Below are positions 8,872 to 19,497 of a stretch of DNA of 64,000 bases, piece by piece. How positions within the stretch are numbered: the first letter of the stretch is position 1; each line of letters opens with the position of its first letter. The notes under the pieces are model-generated. The model saw nothing but the letters and a program-made list of their open reading frames with translations. It was not told where the DNA came from and searched no databases. The position numbers and the translations under genes were made by a program. The stretch is from Tubulanus polymorphus (Eukaryota; Animalia; Nemertea). The stretch spans positions 16,152,485 through 16,216,484 of the forward strand of contig NC_134027.1 of NCBI RefSeq assembly GCF_964204645.1. Direction: 5' to 3'.

Positions 8872-11396
8872 TATCTCTTGTCTCAAATCTAACATATTTA
8901 CCCCTACCCTATCACTTTGGCTTATGGGCACGTGTATCCCAAGTAATATGTAATATTCTTGGGCTTGGCGAAGAGGGTGACAAGCTAAAAACGAGGAGAC
9001 CATCACTAAAACACGATACATCATCAAAATGAAGGTTTGTAAGCATGTTAGGTTTGAAAAAAAAATTGAATAATTTCGGGACTCGAACCTGACTAGCGTA
9101 ACCCTGACCCTATCGCTTTGGCTTATGGGCACGTATCTCTTGTCTCATATCTAACAATATTTACCCGTACCCTATCACTTTGGCTTATGGGCACGTATCT
9201 CTTATCTCTAGCTAACAACGTGTTTTAAGAAAATTTGCTCAAATTCAAACGTCCGAGGCTAAGCTTCAGGAGGTCGTACAGACTATTCGTCTCCGGCCCT
9301 TTGTTGGCCATCTTTGGGTGCCCAATGCTAAAATGTTGAGCAGTTTAACTGAACCCTTATAGAATACGCTACAAGGGCCTAAAAGTGGCCTTCGGGCGCT
9401 AGGGTTAAGCTTCCGAGTCTCTTTGGCTTATGCGCACGCGTAACTTTGACATTTTTTTGAACGAAATTTTAATGCCTTGGGCCCGTGTCCAGAGCGCTCA
9501 ACATCGGTGCGATCGAACCCCTGGCCAAAATCGATATTATAGAACCCTGGTCCATAGCCCTGTGTACCGGCCTATAGAATCCTGTCGTTGTCTCCCTGCT
9601 TTTAAGGGGATTTCTAGACCCCTAAACATGCATCATTGCGTTCGGTCATATAAGGCACTTTTTTTTTCAAGCGTCCACGGCGCCCAAGCCCTGGGGTCTA
9701 CCCCCTCGTGCCGCATATCCACGGATTCAGAATGACCCCCTCTATCTTCTAATATCTCTTTTTAACCGTTACGAGGTCGTTGATTTAAACGTGGTCGCGA
9801 AATATCGCTTTTTCGGGCCAAACTATTTATCGACCCCTTAACGCCCTACCCATATCTAAAACCGACCTTTTTCTCGTTCAGGGCGTTAATAGCTACCCGC
9901 TCCCGAAATTTCGAGTCGATTGGAGCAATTCTAAATTTTGAAAATTTTAGGGCTATTTTTTCGAAATTTCCATCGCTCATATCTCCGGAAGTATTTGAGC
10001 CAGGGGGCCAAATCTTTCAGAGGACATACCCTTAGGGCCCTTAAGTACGGGCACCGAGTTTCAAGTCTCTAAGTCCAGTACTTACGGACTTAGAGAAATT
10101 TAAAAAAATCGCTCGGCTTATGCGCACGTCCGACCTTTTTTTTTTGGGGGGTCATAACTCCGGAACCGCTTGACCGATTTTCGAATTTCCGGTCTCAAAA
10201 TGAAGAAAAAGACTTGCTCTTTCAGATTCAATATTCAAATCAATCCCCTAATTAGCCCTAAAGAATTACCCCTACCCCTAAAGTTCGTAGCAAGTCGGTG
10301 AGATGGTGGTAGGGAACAACTAGCCCATAATTTTCGAAATAATATACAACAAATTTTTTTTTTCTAAAATGACTCTGGAGTCTTTATTTCTGGTCGTAGA
10401 GCCTTATTACCGGTTGGGTCGGATGAGGGACTCAAAACTCTAACTGCTCACGTTTACAGACCTAAATTCGGTGCAGGGAGTCCAAAAATATAGGACTTCC
10501 AAGATTTTGACAGATTTTGACATGGCTTATGTGCACGCGAAAAAAGGAATCCAAAAAGGAATCGCCATATATCTCAAAAACTATAAGTCGGATCGTAAAA
10601 ATTCTTGCACCACGCGATTCTACATGCTCGAAATAACGGTACTAGGATGTTTTTTTGAGAAAATAACGACTGATAACAGCGTGCTCATAGGCCAAATTAG
10701 GGATATCATTAACGATAACCCTGAGCTGGGGGTTTCCTTACTTCCGGAGACGTTAGAGGAGATCCGAAGCCTGGAAAACTATCTTTGGGGTCCCATCAAG
10801 GTCCTGGCAGTGCTCGAATTTCGATAATAGGTGGCGTTAAGGACGTTCCCAAAAGCCAAATCATGGATATGAGACTTCACGAAAAATGATATAACTTTTT
10901 TTTGGCTAATAATATTTACACGAATTTATGTTTCCCGTATTCTAAGGAAAATTTTCTACGTCCCTGATACCATTAACATCACTTTCGAGCAAAAAAAAAA
11001 ATTCAGAATTTGACTTTGTCATTTTTTGGACGAAATTTGGTTTTGAGCTAAGGGGTATCCCATTGGGATCCCCTTACTTGCGGTTGGTCTAGACCCTCAA
11101 AAACACCCCCTATCCAATGATAGGAACGACTTCTATCGACCCTATGAGTTGTATGCCGATCTGGGTCCCCTAAGTGCCCGAGGCCCATGGGCCAATCCGG
11201 GCCTCTATTTTAAAGCTTTTAAAGTCTAACGTTCACATAAGCCACTTCGGAAATTTATCAAACATATACGTTCTCATAAGCCATGCACGCGTGCTCATAA
11301 GCCTATGCACGCGTACGCATAAGCCACTTGGCTTATTTGCACGCGTGGTCTCAGGGTTGTTCGGCTTATATGCACGCGTGTTGGTATATGTGCACG
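8846..11396. repeat. Dispersed subterminal motif GGCTTATGNGCACG
   Basis: Forward copies near 8858, 8919, 9120, 9182, 9425, 10115, 10524, 11330, 11363; inverted CATAAGCC copies near 11236, 11275, 11296, 11318. Confidence 0.8.
9057..9133 (-). ncRNA. Putative tRNA-like Pol III small RNA, copy 2
   Basis: Minus strand: TAAGCCAAAGCG, B-box GGTTCGAGTCC, T9 terminator; same ends as copy 1 with a different middle segment. Confidence 0.45.
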
Positions 11397-11427
11397 TAAA
11401 ACTCGGAAAAAAACACGATGACTTTGG

Positions 11428-11439
11428 CCCTAACCCTAA
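11428..11439 (+). repeat. (CCCTAA)2 telomeric repeat at the junction between the virus-like element and the retroelement
   Basis: CCCTAACCCTAA directly precedes the 5'-truncation point of the Penelope copy. Confidence 0.9.
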
Positions 11440-13149
11440 CCGAAACAGAGGCAGTTCTATCTGCTTCCCAAAATCCATAAAGAACGCGAGAAGTGGACGG
11501 TACCCGATCGCGTACCGCCGGGGAGACCGATCGTCTCCGACTGCGGCTCCGAAACCTACGAAATTTCGGAATGGATCGACTACTATTTGCAGCCGATCGC
11601 CCGCGGTCACCCGTCGTACGTCAAAGATACCAACCACTTTCTAGATATTTTGGCCGGTAAACAATTTAGCGCCGATGCGTTACTCGTCACCATGGACATC
11701 GATTCGCTCTACACCAACATCCCCCACGAAGAGGGTATCGCCAGCATCCGACAAGCTCTCCGAGATAACCCGAACCCGGGACGCCCGGATGCCGAGCTGC
11801 TGAAACTACTCGAAATCAGCCTGAAGAAAAATGACTTTAACTTTAACGAAAACACATATTTACAGGTAAAAGGTACCGCAATGGGTAAGCGTTTTGCTCC
11901 TTCTTATGCCAATATCTTTGTAGCCGAATGGGAAAAAGAAGGTCTGTCCAGAAGCGAACTCCAACCATCGCTATACGCTCGGTTCATCGACGACATCTAC
12001 ATAGTTTGGGAACACGGCCGCGAAACGTTGATGCAATTCATCGACGTCCTACAAACAGTGAGCCGATCCATCAAACTCAAGTTCGAAATCAGCGACACCA
12101 GCGTCAACTTCCTGGACGTAACCACTTTCAAAGGCCCGCGATTCGAGACAAGTGGCACAGTAGACACCAAAGTCTACTTCAAACCAACCGATTCGCATCA
12201 ATTACTACATCGATCCTCGTTTCACCCTAAACACACATTTTCCGGTATAGTTAAAAGTCAAATTCTCCGGTTCCGGCGCATCTGCAATAACGATTCGGAC
12301 TTACACGCAGCGTCCGGAACCGTCCTTAAAGTACTCAGAGGTCGTGGCTACAAAGACCGCGAACTGCGACACATCAAAAGCCAAGCTCTACGGCACCACG
12401 CCGAACGAGATCTACGAGAACAACAACGGGCCGACGAACCGCCGAAAAAGCGTTTACCGCTTATCTTACCTCACTCCGAAGCCAACCGAACCCTAGCCCG
12501 TAACATCCGAACCAGATTTACGGAACTGGCTACGGCCACCGGCCGGTCTGACGAGGTAACCACGGTCACCGCCTACACCAAGCACAAGAGTCTCAAAGAT
12601 CTCCTAACTTCGTCGCAGCTCAAACCCACGGAGCCACCCCCTCCCCGAGTCCCCTCTTCACCGCATCGTAACAGAAATACTTCCGTTGTTTCCAATTCTT
12701 CTATTTCCAGGTCTACTCAAAGAACTCCGTCAACCCGACGTCGAGGCACCGAGAAATGCAGAACACCGAGATGTCGTACGTGTCCACTCGTCCGAGAAAC
12801 AACCGTTTGCCGCAGCCACAACAAAATGCACGCGATCCGCAGCACAATTAATTGCGCGACCCGTGAAATTGTATACTGCATCGAATGCACCAAGTGCAAC
12901 ATGCTGTACGTCGGCCAAACCGGAATGTCTCTACGAGAACGCGTCACTCATCACGTCTCACGCATCAGAACGAAGAATTCGACTCCAGTCTCGGACCACT
13001 TCAACCAAGTCGACCACACCCGCGAACACTTTCGGGTGTACGGTCTCCAACACCTACCAGGCTCCACGAGACCGATCCGCGAAGCAGCCGAACAAGACTG
13101 GATACGACGACTCGACACGAACACGCCCCGAGGCATGAACGTCCCGTAG
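11440..13149 (+). pseudogene. 5'-truncated copy of the Penelope RT-GIY-YIG ORF (pseudo-LTR)
   Basis: Begins mid-RT at PKQRQFYLLPKIHK; same protein sequence as the downstream copy. Confidence 0.92.
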
Positions 13150-13561
13150 ACCGCCTCACTACAACAATTAACTCTCACTACTTTTTTACAGGGATAACCC
13201 GCTGCCCGTGCACTAGTGGGGTCTCCAAACCTTCGGTTTGGTCCCCTAACCTCTATCTCTAAACCTAACCTTAGCCCGTGCCAGGTTTCCCTCGTAAATT
13301 ATCTTAACTGATTAATTATTAATCATCAATCTATTTGCAGAATCATCCTCCGTCGCCTGAAGCAGAAACCCGCTCAGAGACAGAGTACAAAACAAACTCC
13401 AAGATCACAAGCTCCACAGGAATCATCAACCTTTTATCTTTTAATTAGTTCTCTCTGCTTTACTTTGAAAACTCAATCGAAATTCAGTAAGTAAGAAGAC
13501 AGACCAAATATCAGAAACAGTTAGAAAAATAAACAAAAGCGCGATATCGGGAACCGAACCC

Positions 13562-14086
13562 TAACCGCTAGTACAGACTGGTTGCCTGTCCCAGGACGAT
13601 AGAAACCGGTAACCAGTCCACCGCTATTATCTATTTCGAAAATATGCGTCAGCACTGAGATTATATCATAGAAACACCCGAAAAGTATTAATTAATCTAT
13701 TATAAATTTAGAAAGAAAGGGAATCTAGAATAGGTAAGAATATACTCAATTACTAAAACGGCGCGCCTGATCGGGACTCGAACCCGCGGCACCCGAATTA
13801 AGCTCCGGAGAATACTCGGGAACCGTACCCGCCGCTCCGAAATTAACCGCTAGTACTGACGGGTTGCCGGTGCCCCGCGTTAGATACCGGTAACCAGTCC
13901 ACCGCTCTTATTTATTTTGAAAATATGCGTCGGCACTAAGATTATATCGTAGAAACATCTGAAAAGTACTATTGTATCCGTCAAAGATTCAGAATTAAAA
14001 GGAATCCAGAATAGGTAAAAAACATTTAGAATAGAACTATTCAATTACTAAACGGCGCCTGGTCGGGACTCGAACCCGCGGCACCC
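13562..14086. repeat. Diverged ~285-bp direct duplication in the Penelope non-coding region, each copy with an antisense B-box
   Basis: TAACCGCTAGTAC...CCGGTAACCAGTCCACCGCT...GAAAATATGCGTC occurs twice; TCGGGACTCGAACCCGCGGCACC near 13770 and 14062. Confidence 0.8.
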
Positions 14087-15444
14087 TAATTAACCTCCGT
14101 TTAATCTATAACGTTCGGTCGGGGACCTAACCCGCTACGTCCTAATTAACTATTATCGTATCTACGCGCCAACTCTTGGAACATACTCTATATAGATCCG
14201 GGTGTCAAGTTTCAAATTTCTCTAAAACAGACAGTTTATTTTCGGATAACAATTCTAATGAGATCGCTCAAAAGTATTAGTAGCTATATTCAAAAACCGC
14301 ACTATAGGTTGTAGAAGTATAAGAAGTTTATAGGATAAATAATAGTCCACGGACATCAATCACTGTTTACAAGTCACTCATAATTAGTGACCGATCGGCC
14401 ACCTGCGCCTCTTGACTAATTATCCGACTCAATTCTATACAAAATCGCAGTTACGACGCCTTCAAACTCATCAGTTTTTCTCAAAGAACACAGCCCAATA
14501 TTCCCGATTCAAAAAGAGTTTTATATCACGTATATATTTCAACCTTCGGATTAAAGAAGAGATCATAGTGTTTTTGAACCACTCAAACTACGCAAGCTTA
14601 AACCGATTTACTGAATACCCGCGCTCCGGTCTGAATATATTTGTCACATGTTCAAGTTCACATAGCTTTACTCGATCCTAATAACTCTAAATAAGCGTAG
14701 TTTATCTAATAGAATTATATTTAAGAACTTAGAATTAAAACAGACGTATTAGTAAGACATTTCTATCAAAACTCGTCACCAATAATTAGGGCTAATTAAC
14801 CACCCGCGCTCACTCAGTAATTTAGATCTTACGGGTTATAACTTCCTACTAAATCGCCGACGCCGCGCTGTCTAATTCATCCAATTTTCGGTAGAATACC
14901 GCGTAGATATTTCAAAATCCGCTCTTAAAAGCTTTAGAATACGGAGAAAACTTGATTAACTAAGAACCGGATTTCACCATTTACGACTATTTAGTATACA
15001 CGCGTATATCGGAATACGCCTCGGCCGCGCACCGCTAATTAACGCATCTAAACTAATTAGGAATTAAGCAATTTTGAAACTGAACTCGGACATATTTCGA
15101 ATATTCCGGTTCACGTATATTAATAATACATATTCTAGATTTCTCTTTATAGAAAACACCTTGAGTATTTATTAGGTTATATCGAAATAAACTTTTCAAT
15201 TCTATATTAGACACGCCGTTCTTTAGATCTTTAGAACTATACATCAAAGCAAACTATTCAACAGCTAGATCAAGGGCCATAATTAGTGCTGTTTTCTAGT
15301 CACTCTGGATCAAAGGCATAATTAGTCAGACCCCTAGTTTGTCTATTAGCTTGATCACAGAAGTACAATTAGTCTAGATCACAAGGTCTCATATGGTCAC
15401 TTAACTTCTAACTCAAATACTGTTCACTTGTTGCGCGCTGCGTG

Positions 15445-15452
15445 TATAAAAA
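15445..15452 (+). promoter_or_regulatory. TATA box of the Penelope internal promoter
   Basis: TATAAAAA about 26 nt before an Inr-like TCAGC and just upstream of the hammerhead and ORF1. Confidence 0.55.
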
Positions 15453-15488
15453 CCCGTGTCTAATCCTAGTTCAGCATGATTCCTGCAC

Positions 15489-15526
15489 TGACACTGACGA
15501 AGGCAACCTCGCCGAAATATCTGTCA
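15489..15526 (+). ncRNA. Minimal type I hammerhead ribozyme
   Basis: Stem I TGACA/TGTCA, core CTGACGA (15494-15500), stem II GGC/GCC, GAAA (15514-15517), palindromic ATAT stem III, cleavage triplet ATC (cut after 15521). Confidence 0.85.
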
Positions 15527-17041
15527 ATGGAGCGATCTACTCGAAAGAAGAAACGACCACCAGCTGAGAAGACCAGCGAGGGCGGAGGACGCCCTGAGCG
15601 ACACCAGCAACCCGGGATGTCGCCGAAAAATTACTATAGAGCTCTTCAAGTGGCGCACCACCTTGCCCAGTTGAGCTCTGGTCCGAAAGCGATTCGGAGG
15701 AAGAAGGACCATCTGAAGATGTTCCTGCGGCCGGCGGCTTGCACCGAAGCAGTAACGGTGCAGCTGCACGCTGCCGCGGACGTCTGGATGGAGACAGTTT
15801 CGAAAGAGCTGACCATCCATTACGCTGCCACATTTGTTCAGCTAATGGGTGATCCTCTGCCGGACTGTCTATCAGCACAGGATGTCGCCCTGACATGGGC
15901 CCGGAGGAATTTCGGCTCCCGTCTGAGCCCCGGAACGATCCGGCTTTTCAACATCGCGCTGGATTTGCGGTCGAAATTCCGCGGTCAGGCTCTGTCTGAC
16001 AAACTCAGAAATGTCCTATCTAACCCACCTTCTTCCCCTTCTCATTTCAGGTCACACCACCAGGAGGCACCACCGGAGCCGAAGATTCGTCCGCCGCCGA
16101 GACCGAGCCGGAAGATTCGAAAGCCCGCGACGCCGAGGACGCCTGCACCAACCGCAGCCGCGCCCACCGCGCCCACCGCGCCCACAGCGCCTCCTTCTTT
16201 TTCTGATTCCAGGTCACCGAGAAGCTACGCGGATGTCACCAGGACGCCACCAACCAGAATGGCGCCACCACCGAGAAGTCCGATGCCGACGCCGCCGCCG
16301 CCACCAAGAAGTCCGACGCCACCGAGAAGTCCGACGCCGCCGCCTCGAAACCCGACGCCGCCGCCGCAGAGAACGCCGACCGCACCAACCAGCAGTCCGA
16401 CGCCGTCTCTCTCTTCTTCTCTTTCCAGCTCTCCGTCTCATTACAGGTCACCAGGGCGCCTACTGCCAGCGCGAAGTCCGACGCCAGCACCGAGACCGAT
16501 GGCGCCCCAGGAAGTTCGCCGTCATCCGAATACGGGTCGGAAGAAACAGGATTGGAGTCTGCCACCAACCCGGCGACCCATTCTGGTGATTGGTGACTCA
16601 AATCTGAGTAACATCACATCAAGCCGCCGTCCGGATGACGTCCAGATCGAGAGCTTCCCCGGCTGCAAGATAGCTCATCTCGCCGACCTGATCGATGCTG
16701 TACCGGAGCGCCGAGATCGCCCGGATACGGTGATCATCAGCGTCGGAATCAACAACCGCGACAACAACTTCGAAGCGACCGCCAAGAAGACCACACAGCG
16801 CCTGATCAACGCCGCAGTCAAGAAGTATCAGCACTCGTTCGTCCACTTCGTTCAACTTAACACGACCCGCGAACACCAGCAGTTCGCCCGGAAGTTCAAC
16901 GAATTCCTCGAGATTCACGACGACGTCACCGCGATACCACCCATCGATGATCGACGCTTCAGAGTTGTTGGAGACGGGATCCACTGGAACCGTGGTACAG
17001 CTAACACCCTGCTGGACCACTGGCTCAGTGGTTTAAACTAA
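15527..17041 (+). CDS. Penelope ORF1: helical N-terminal domain, Pro-rich linker, SGNH/GDSL esterase
   Basis: SGNH blocks LVIGDSNL, FPG, SVGINN, DGIHW with intact Ser-Asp-His. ATG 15527 lies just after the ribozyme cut; ATG 15476 lies before it. Confidence 0.88.
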   Translation: MERSTRKKKRPPAEKTSEGGGRPERHQQPGMSPKNYYRALQVAHHLAQLSSGPKAIRRKKDHLKMFLRPAACTEAVTVQLHAAADVWMETVSKELTIHYAATFVQLMGDPLPDCLSAQDVALTWARRNFGSRLSPGTIRLFNIALDLRSKFRGQALSDKLRNVLSNPPSSPSHFRSHHQEAPPEPKIRPPPRPSRKIRKPATPRTPAPTAAAPTAPTAPTAPPSFSDSRSPRSYADVTRTPPTRMAPPPRSPMPTPPPPPRSPTPPRSPTPPPRNPTPPPQRTPTAPTSSPTPSLSSSLSSSPSHYRSPGRLLPARSPTPAPRPMAPQEVRRHPNTGRKKQDWSLPPTRRPILVIGDSNLSNITSSRRPDDVQIESFPGCKIAHLADLIDAVPERRDRPDTVIISVGINNRDNNFEATAKKTTQRLINAAVKKYQHSFVHFVQLNTTREHQQFARKFNEFLEIHDDVTAIPPIDDRRFRVVGDGIHWNRGTANTLLDHWLSGLN

Positions 17042-17073
17042 GTATTAGTGAGACCAACGGGTCCACTATTGGT
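17032..17073 (+). promoter_or_regulatory. -1 programmed ribosomal frameshift signal
   Basis: T_TTA_AAC is in the ORF1 frame immediately before TAA; 7-nt spacer; stem TAGTG/CACTA (17046-50/17064-68) with inner GACC/GGTC, or a pseudoknot ACCAA/TTGGT; the -1 frame is open into RT. Confidence 0.78.
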
Positions 17074-19497
17074 GAGTTAAATCAACCGGAATTAACCAAT
17101 GCTTCTCTGATTTCTTCCATTTCCAGGTCCGACGAACACGAAGAACCGGCACCAAACCAAGCGCGACGCGATCCGGTCACCGCTCTCGGGAGCCCGGTGG
17201 TCAACCTCACACGTTCACTCCGCCTAAGTCCGGCGCAACATCAGCTACTCCGAAAGGGCCTCACTTATTGCCCGACTCCAAAAATCGGTTCTGATGCCGC
17301 CGCGACCGAGCGCACCAAGGGAGTGTGCCGATTCAACCGGCTAGTGAAACTCGACCATCACTTCCGAGACAAACCGGACCGCGAGGCTCCGCGTTTCCGT
17401 CTGCCCAGCAGTTGGGCTCCGGATGAAATAGAACCAGTAATCGCCGGGTTCTGCAACGACGCGCACGAATTGGCTCAACAAACCAGGGATACGCGTCGCG
17501 TAAATGATAACCTCACTAAACAGGAACGCGAAGCCCTCCAGCAGCTGCGTGACAACACTAATATTGTCATCAAAGCCGCCGATAAGGGTTCCGCTACGGT
17601 TATCATGGACCGCGACGACTACGTCCACGAAGCCATGCGCCAACTAGCCGATCTCGAGTATTATCAGCCGCTGCAGCAACCGATCTTCGAACAGACCGGG
17701 GAAGAAATTCGCGAAATCATCGAAAATATGGCTCGACGAAAAATCATCCCGCTAAAAACCGCCGAATATCTATTACCGCCCGATAATCCGAAACAGAGGC
17801 AGTTCTATCTGCTTCCCAAAATCCATAAAGAACGCGAGAAGTGGACGGTACCCGATCGCGTACCGCCGGGGAGACCGATCGTCTCCGACTGCGGCTCCGA
17901 AACCTACGAAATTTCGGAATGGATCGACTACTATTTGCAGCCGATCGCCCGCGGTCACCCGTCGTACGTCAAAGATACCAACCACTTTCTAGATATTTTG
18001 GCCGGTAAACAATTTAGCGCCGATGCGTTACTCGTCACCATGGACATCGATTCGCTCTACACCAACATCCCCCACGAAGAGGGTATCGCCAGCATCCGAC
18101 AAGCTCTCCGAGATAACCCGAACCCGGGACGCCCGGATGCCGAGCTGCTGAAACTACTCGAAATCAGCCTGAAGAAAAATGACTTTAACTTTAACGAAAA
18201 CACATATTTACAGGTAAAAGGTACCGCAATGGGTAAGCGTTTTGCTCCTTCTTATGCCAATATCTTTGTAGCCGAATGGGAAAAAGAAGGTCTGTCCAGA
18301 AGCGAACTCCAACCATCGCTATACGCTCGGTTCATCGACGACATCTACATAGTTTGGGAACACGGCCGCGAAACGTTGATGCAATTCATCGACGTCCTAC
18401 AAACAGTGAGCCGATCCATCAAACTCAAGTTCGAAATCAGCGACACCAGCGTCAACTTCCTGGACGTAACCACTTTCAAAGGCCCGCGATTCGAGACAAG
18501 TGGCACAGTAGACACCAAAGTCTACTTCAAACCAACCGATTCGCATCAATTACTACATCGATCCTCGTTTCACCCTAAACACACATTTTCCGGTATAGTT
18601 AAAAGTCAAATTCTCCGGTTCCGGCGCATCTGCAATAACGATTCGGACTTACACGCAGCGTCCGGAACCGTCCTTAAAGTACTCAGAGGTCGTGGCTACA
18701 AAGACCGCGAACTGCGACACATCAAAAGCCAAGCTCTACGGCACCACGCCGAACGAGATCTACGAGAACAACAACGGGCCGACGAACCGCCGAAAAAGCG
18801 TTTACCGCTTATCTTACCTCACTCCGAAGCCAACCGAACCCTAGCCCGTAACATCCGAACCAGATTTACGGAACTGGCTACGGCCACCGGCCGGTCTGAC
18901 GAGGTAACCACGGTCACCGCCTACACCAAGCACAAGAGTCTCAAAGATCTCCTAACTTCGTCGCAGCTCAAACCCACGGAGCCACCCCCTCCCCGAGTCC
19001 CCTCTTCACCGCATCGTAACAGAAATACTTCCGTTGTTTCCAATTCTTCTATTTCCAGGTCTACTCAAAGAACTCCGTCAACCCGACGTCGAGGCACCGA
19101 GAAATGCAGAACACCGAGATGTCGTACGTGTCCACTCGTCCGAGAAACAACCGTTTGCCGCAGCCACAACAAAATGCACGCGATCCGCAGCACAATTAAT
19201 TGCGCGACCCGTGAAATTGTATACTGCATCGAATGCACCAAGTGCAACATGCTGTACGTCGGCCAAACCGGAATGTCTCTACGAGAACGCGTCACTCATC
19301 ACGTCTCACGCATCAGAACGAAGAATTCGACTCCAGTCTCGGACCACTTCAACCAAGTCGACCACACCCGCGAACACTTTCGGGTGTACGGTCTCCAACA
19401 CCTACCAGGCTCCACGAGACCGATCCGCGAAGCAGCCGAACAAGACTGGATACGACGACTCGACACGAACACGCCCCGAGGCATGAACGTCCCGTAG
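17032..19497 (+). CDS. Penelope ORF2: reverse transcriptase, Zn knuckle, GIY-YIG endonuclease
   Basis: IKAADKG, YLLPKIHK, GRPIVS, DIDSLYTNIP, GTAMG, RFIDD, CRTPRCRTC, VYCIECTKCNMLYVGQT. No ATG before the RT N-terminal region; frame is open from the slip site. Confidence 0.95.
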   Translation, partial: FKLSISETNGSTIGELNQPELTNASLISSISRSDEHEEPAPNQARRDPVTALGSPVVNLTRSLRLSPAQHQLLRKGLTYCPTPKIGSDAAATERTKGVCRFNRLVKLDHHFRDKPDREAPRFRLPSSWAPDEIEPVIAGFCNDAHELAQQTRDTRRVNDNLTKQEREALQQLRDNTNIVIKAADKGSATVIMDRDDYVHEAMRQLADLEYYQPLQQPIFEQTGEEIREIIENMARRKIIPLKTAEYLLPPDNPKQRQFYLLPKIHKEREKWTVPDRVPPGRPIVSDCGSETYEISEWIDYYLQPIARGHPSYVKDTNHFLDILAGKQFSADALLVTMDIDSLYTNIPHEEGIASIRQALRDNPNPGRPDAELLKLLEISLKKNDFNFNENTYLQVKGTAMGKRFAPSYANIFVAEWEKEGLSRSELQPSLYARFIDDIYIVWEHGRETLMQFIDVLQTVSRSIKLKFEISDTSVNFLDVTTFKGPRFETSGTVDTKVYFKPTDSHQLLHRSSFHPKHTFSGIVKSQILRFRRICNNDSDLHAASGTVLKVLRGRGYKDRELRHIKSQALRHHAERDLREQQRADEPPKKRLPLILPHSEANRTLARNIRTRFTELATATGRSDEVTTVTAYTKHKSLKDLLTSSQLKPTEPPPPRVPSSPHRNRNTSVVSNSSISRSTQRTPSTRRRGTEKCRTPRCRTCPLVRETTVCRSHNKMHAIRSTINCATREIVYCIECTKCNMLYVGQTGMSLRERVTHHVSRIRTKNSTPVSDHFNQVDHTREHFRVYGLQHLPGSTRPIREAAEQDWIRRLDTNTPRGMNVP

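Larger units (their letters stand above)
1..11427. mobile_element. Right-hand part of a putative endogenous large-DNA-virus-like element with a tyrosine recombinase (left end outside window)
   Basis: Compact, intronless, overlapping or divergent ORFs unlike the intron-rich host DNA further right; tyrosine recombinase gene; abrupt end at GACTTTGG|CCCTAACCCTAA. No capsid, terminase or polymerase gene is visible in the window, so viral identity is inferred. Confidence 0.55.

Noticed and set aside
11174-11644. 156-aa and 134-aa ORFs across the junction
   Set aside because: Chimeras of non-coding terminal DNA, telomeric repeat and off-frame RT sequence.
17072-17126. 55-nt intron as the way to fuse ORF1 and ORF2
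   Set aside because: The donor lies after the ORF1 stop and removing 55 nt breaks the ORF2 frame; the -1 frameshift explains the layout better.
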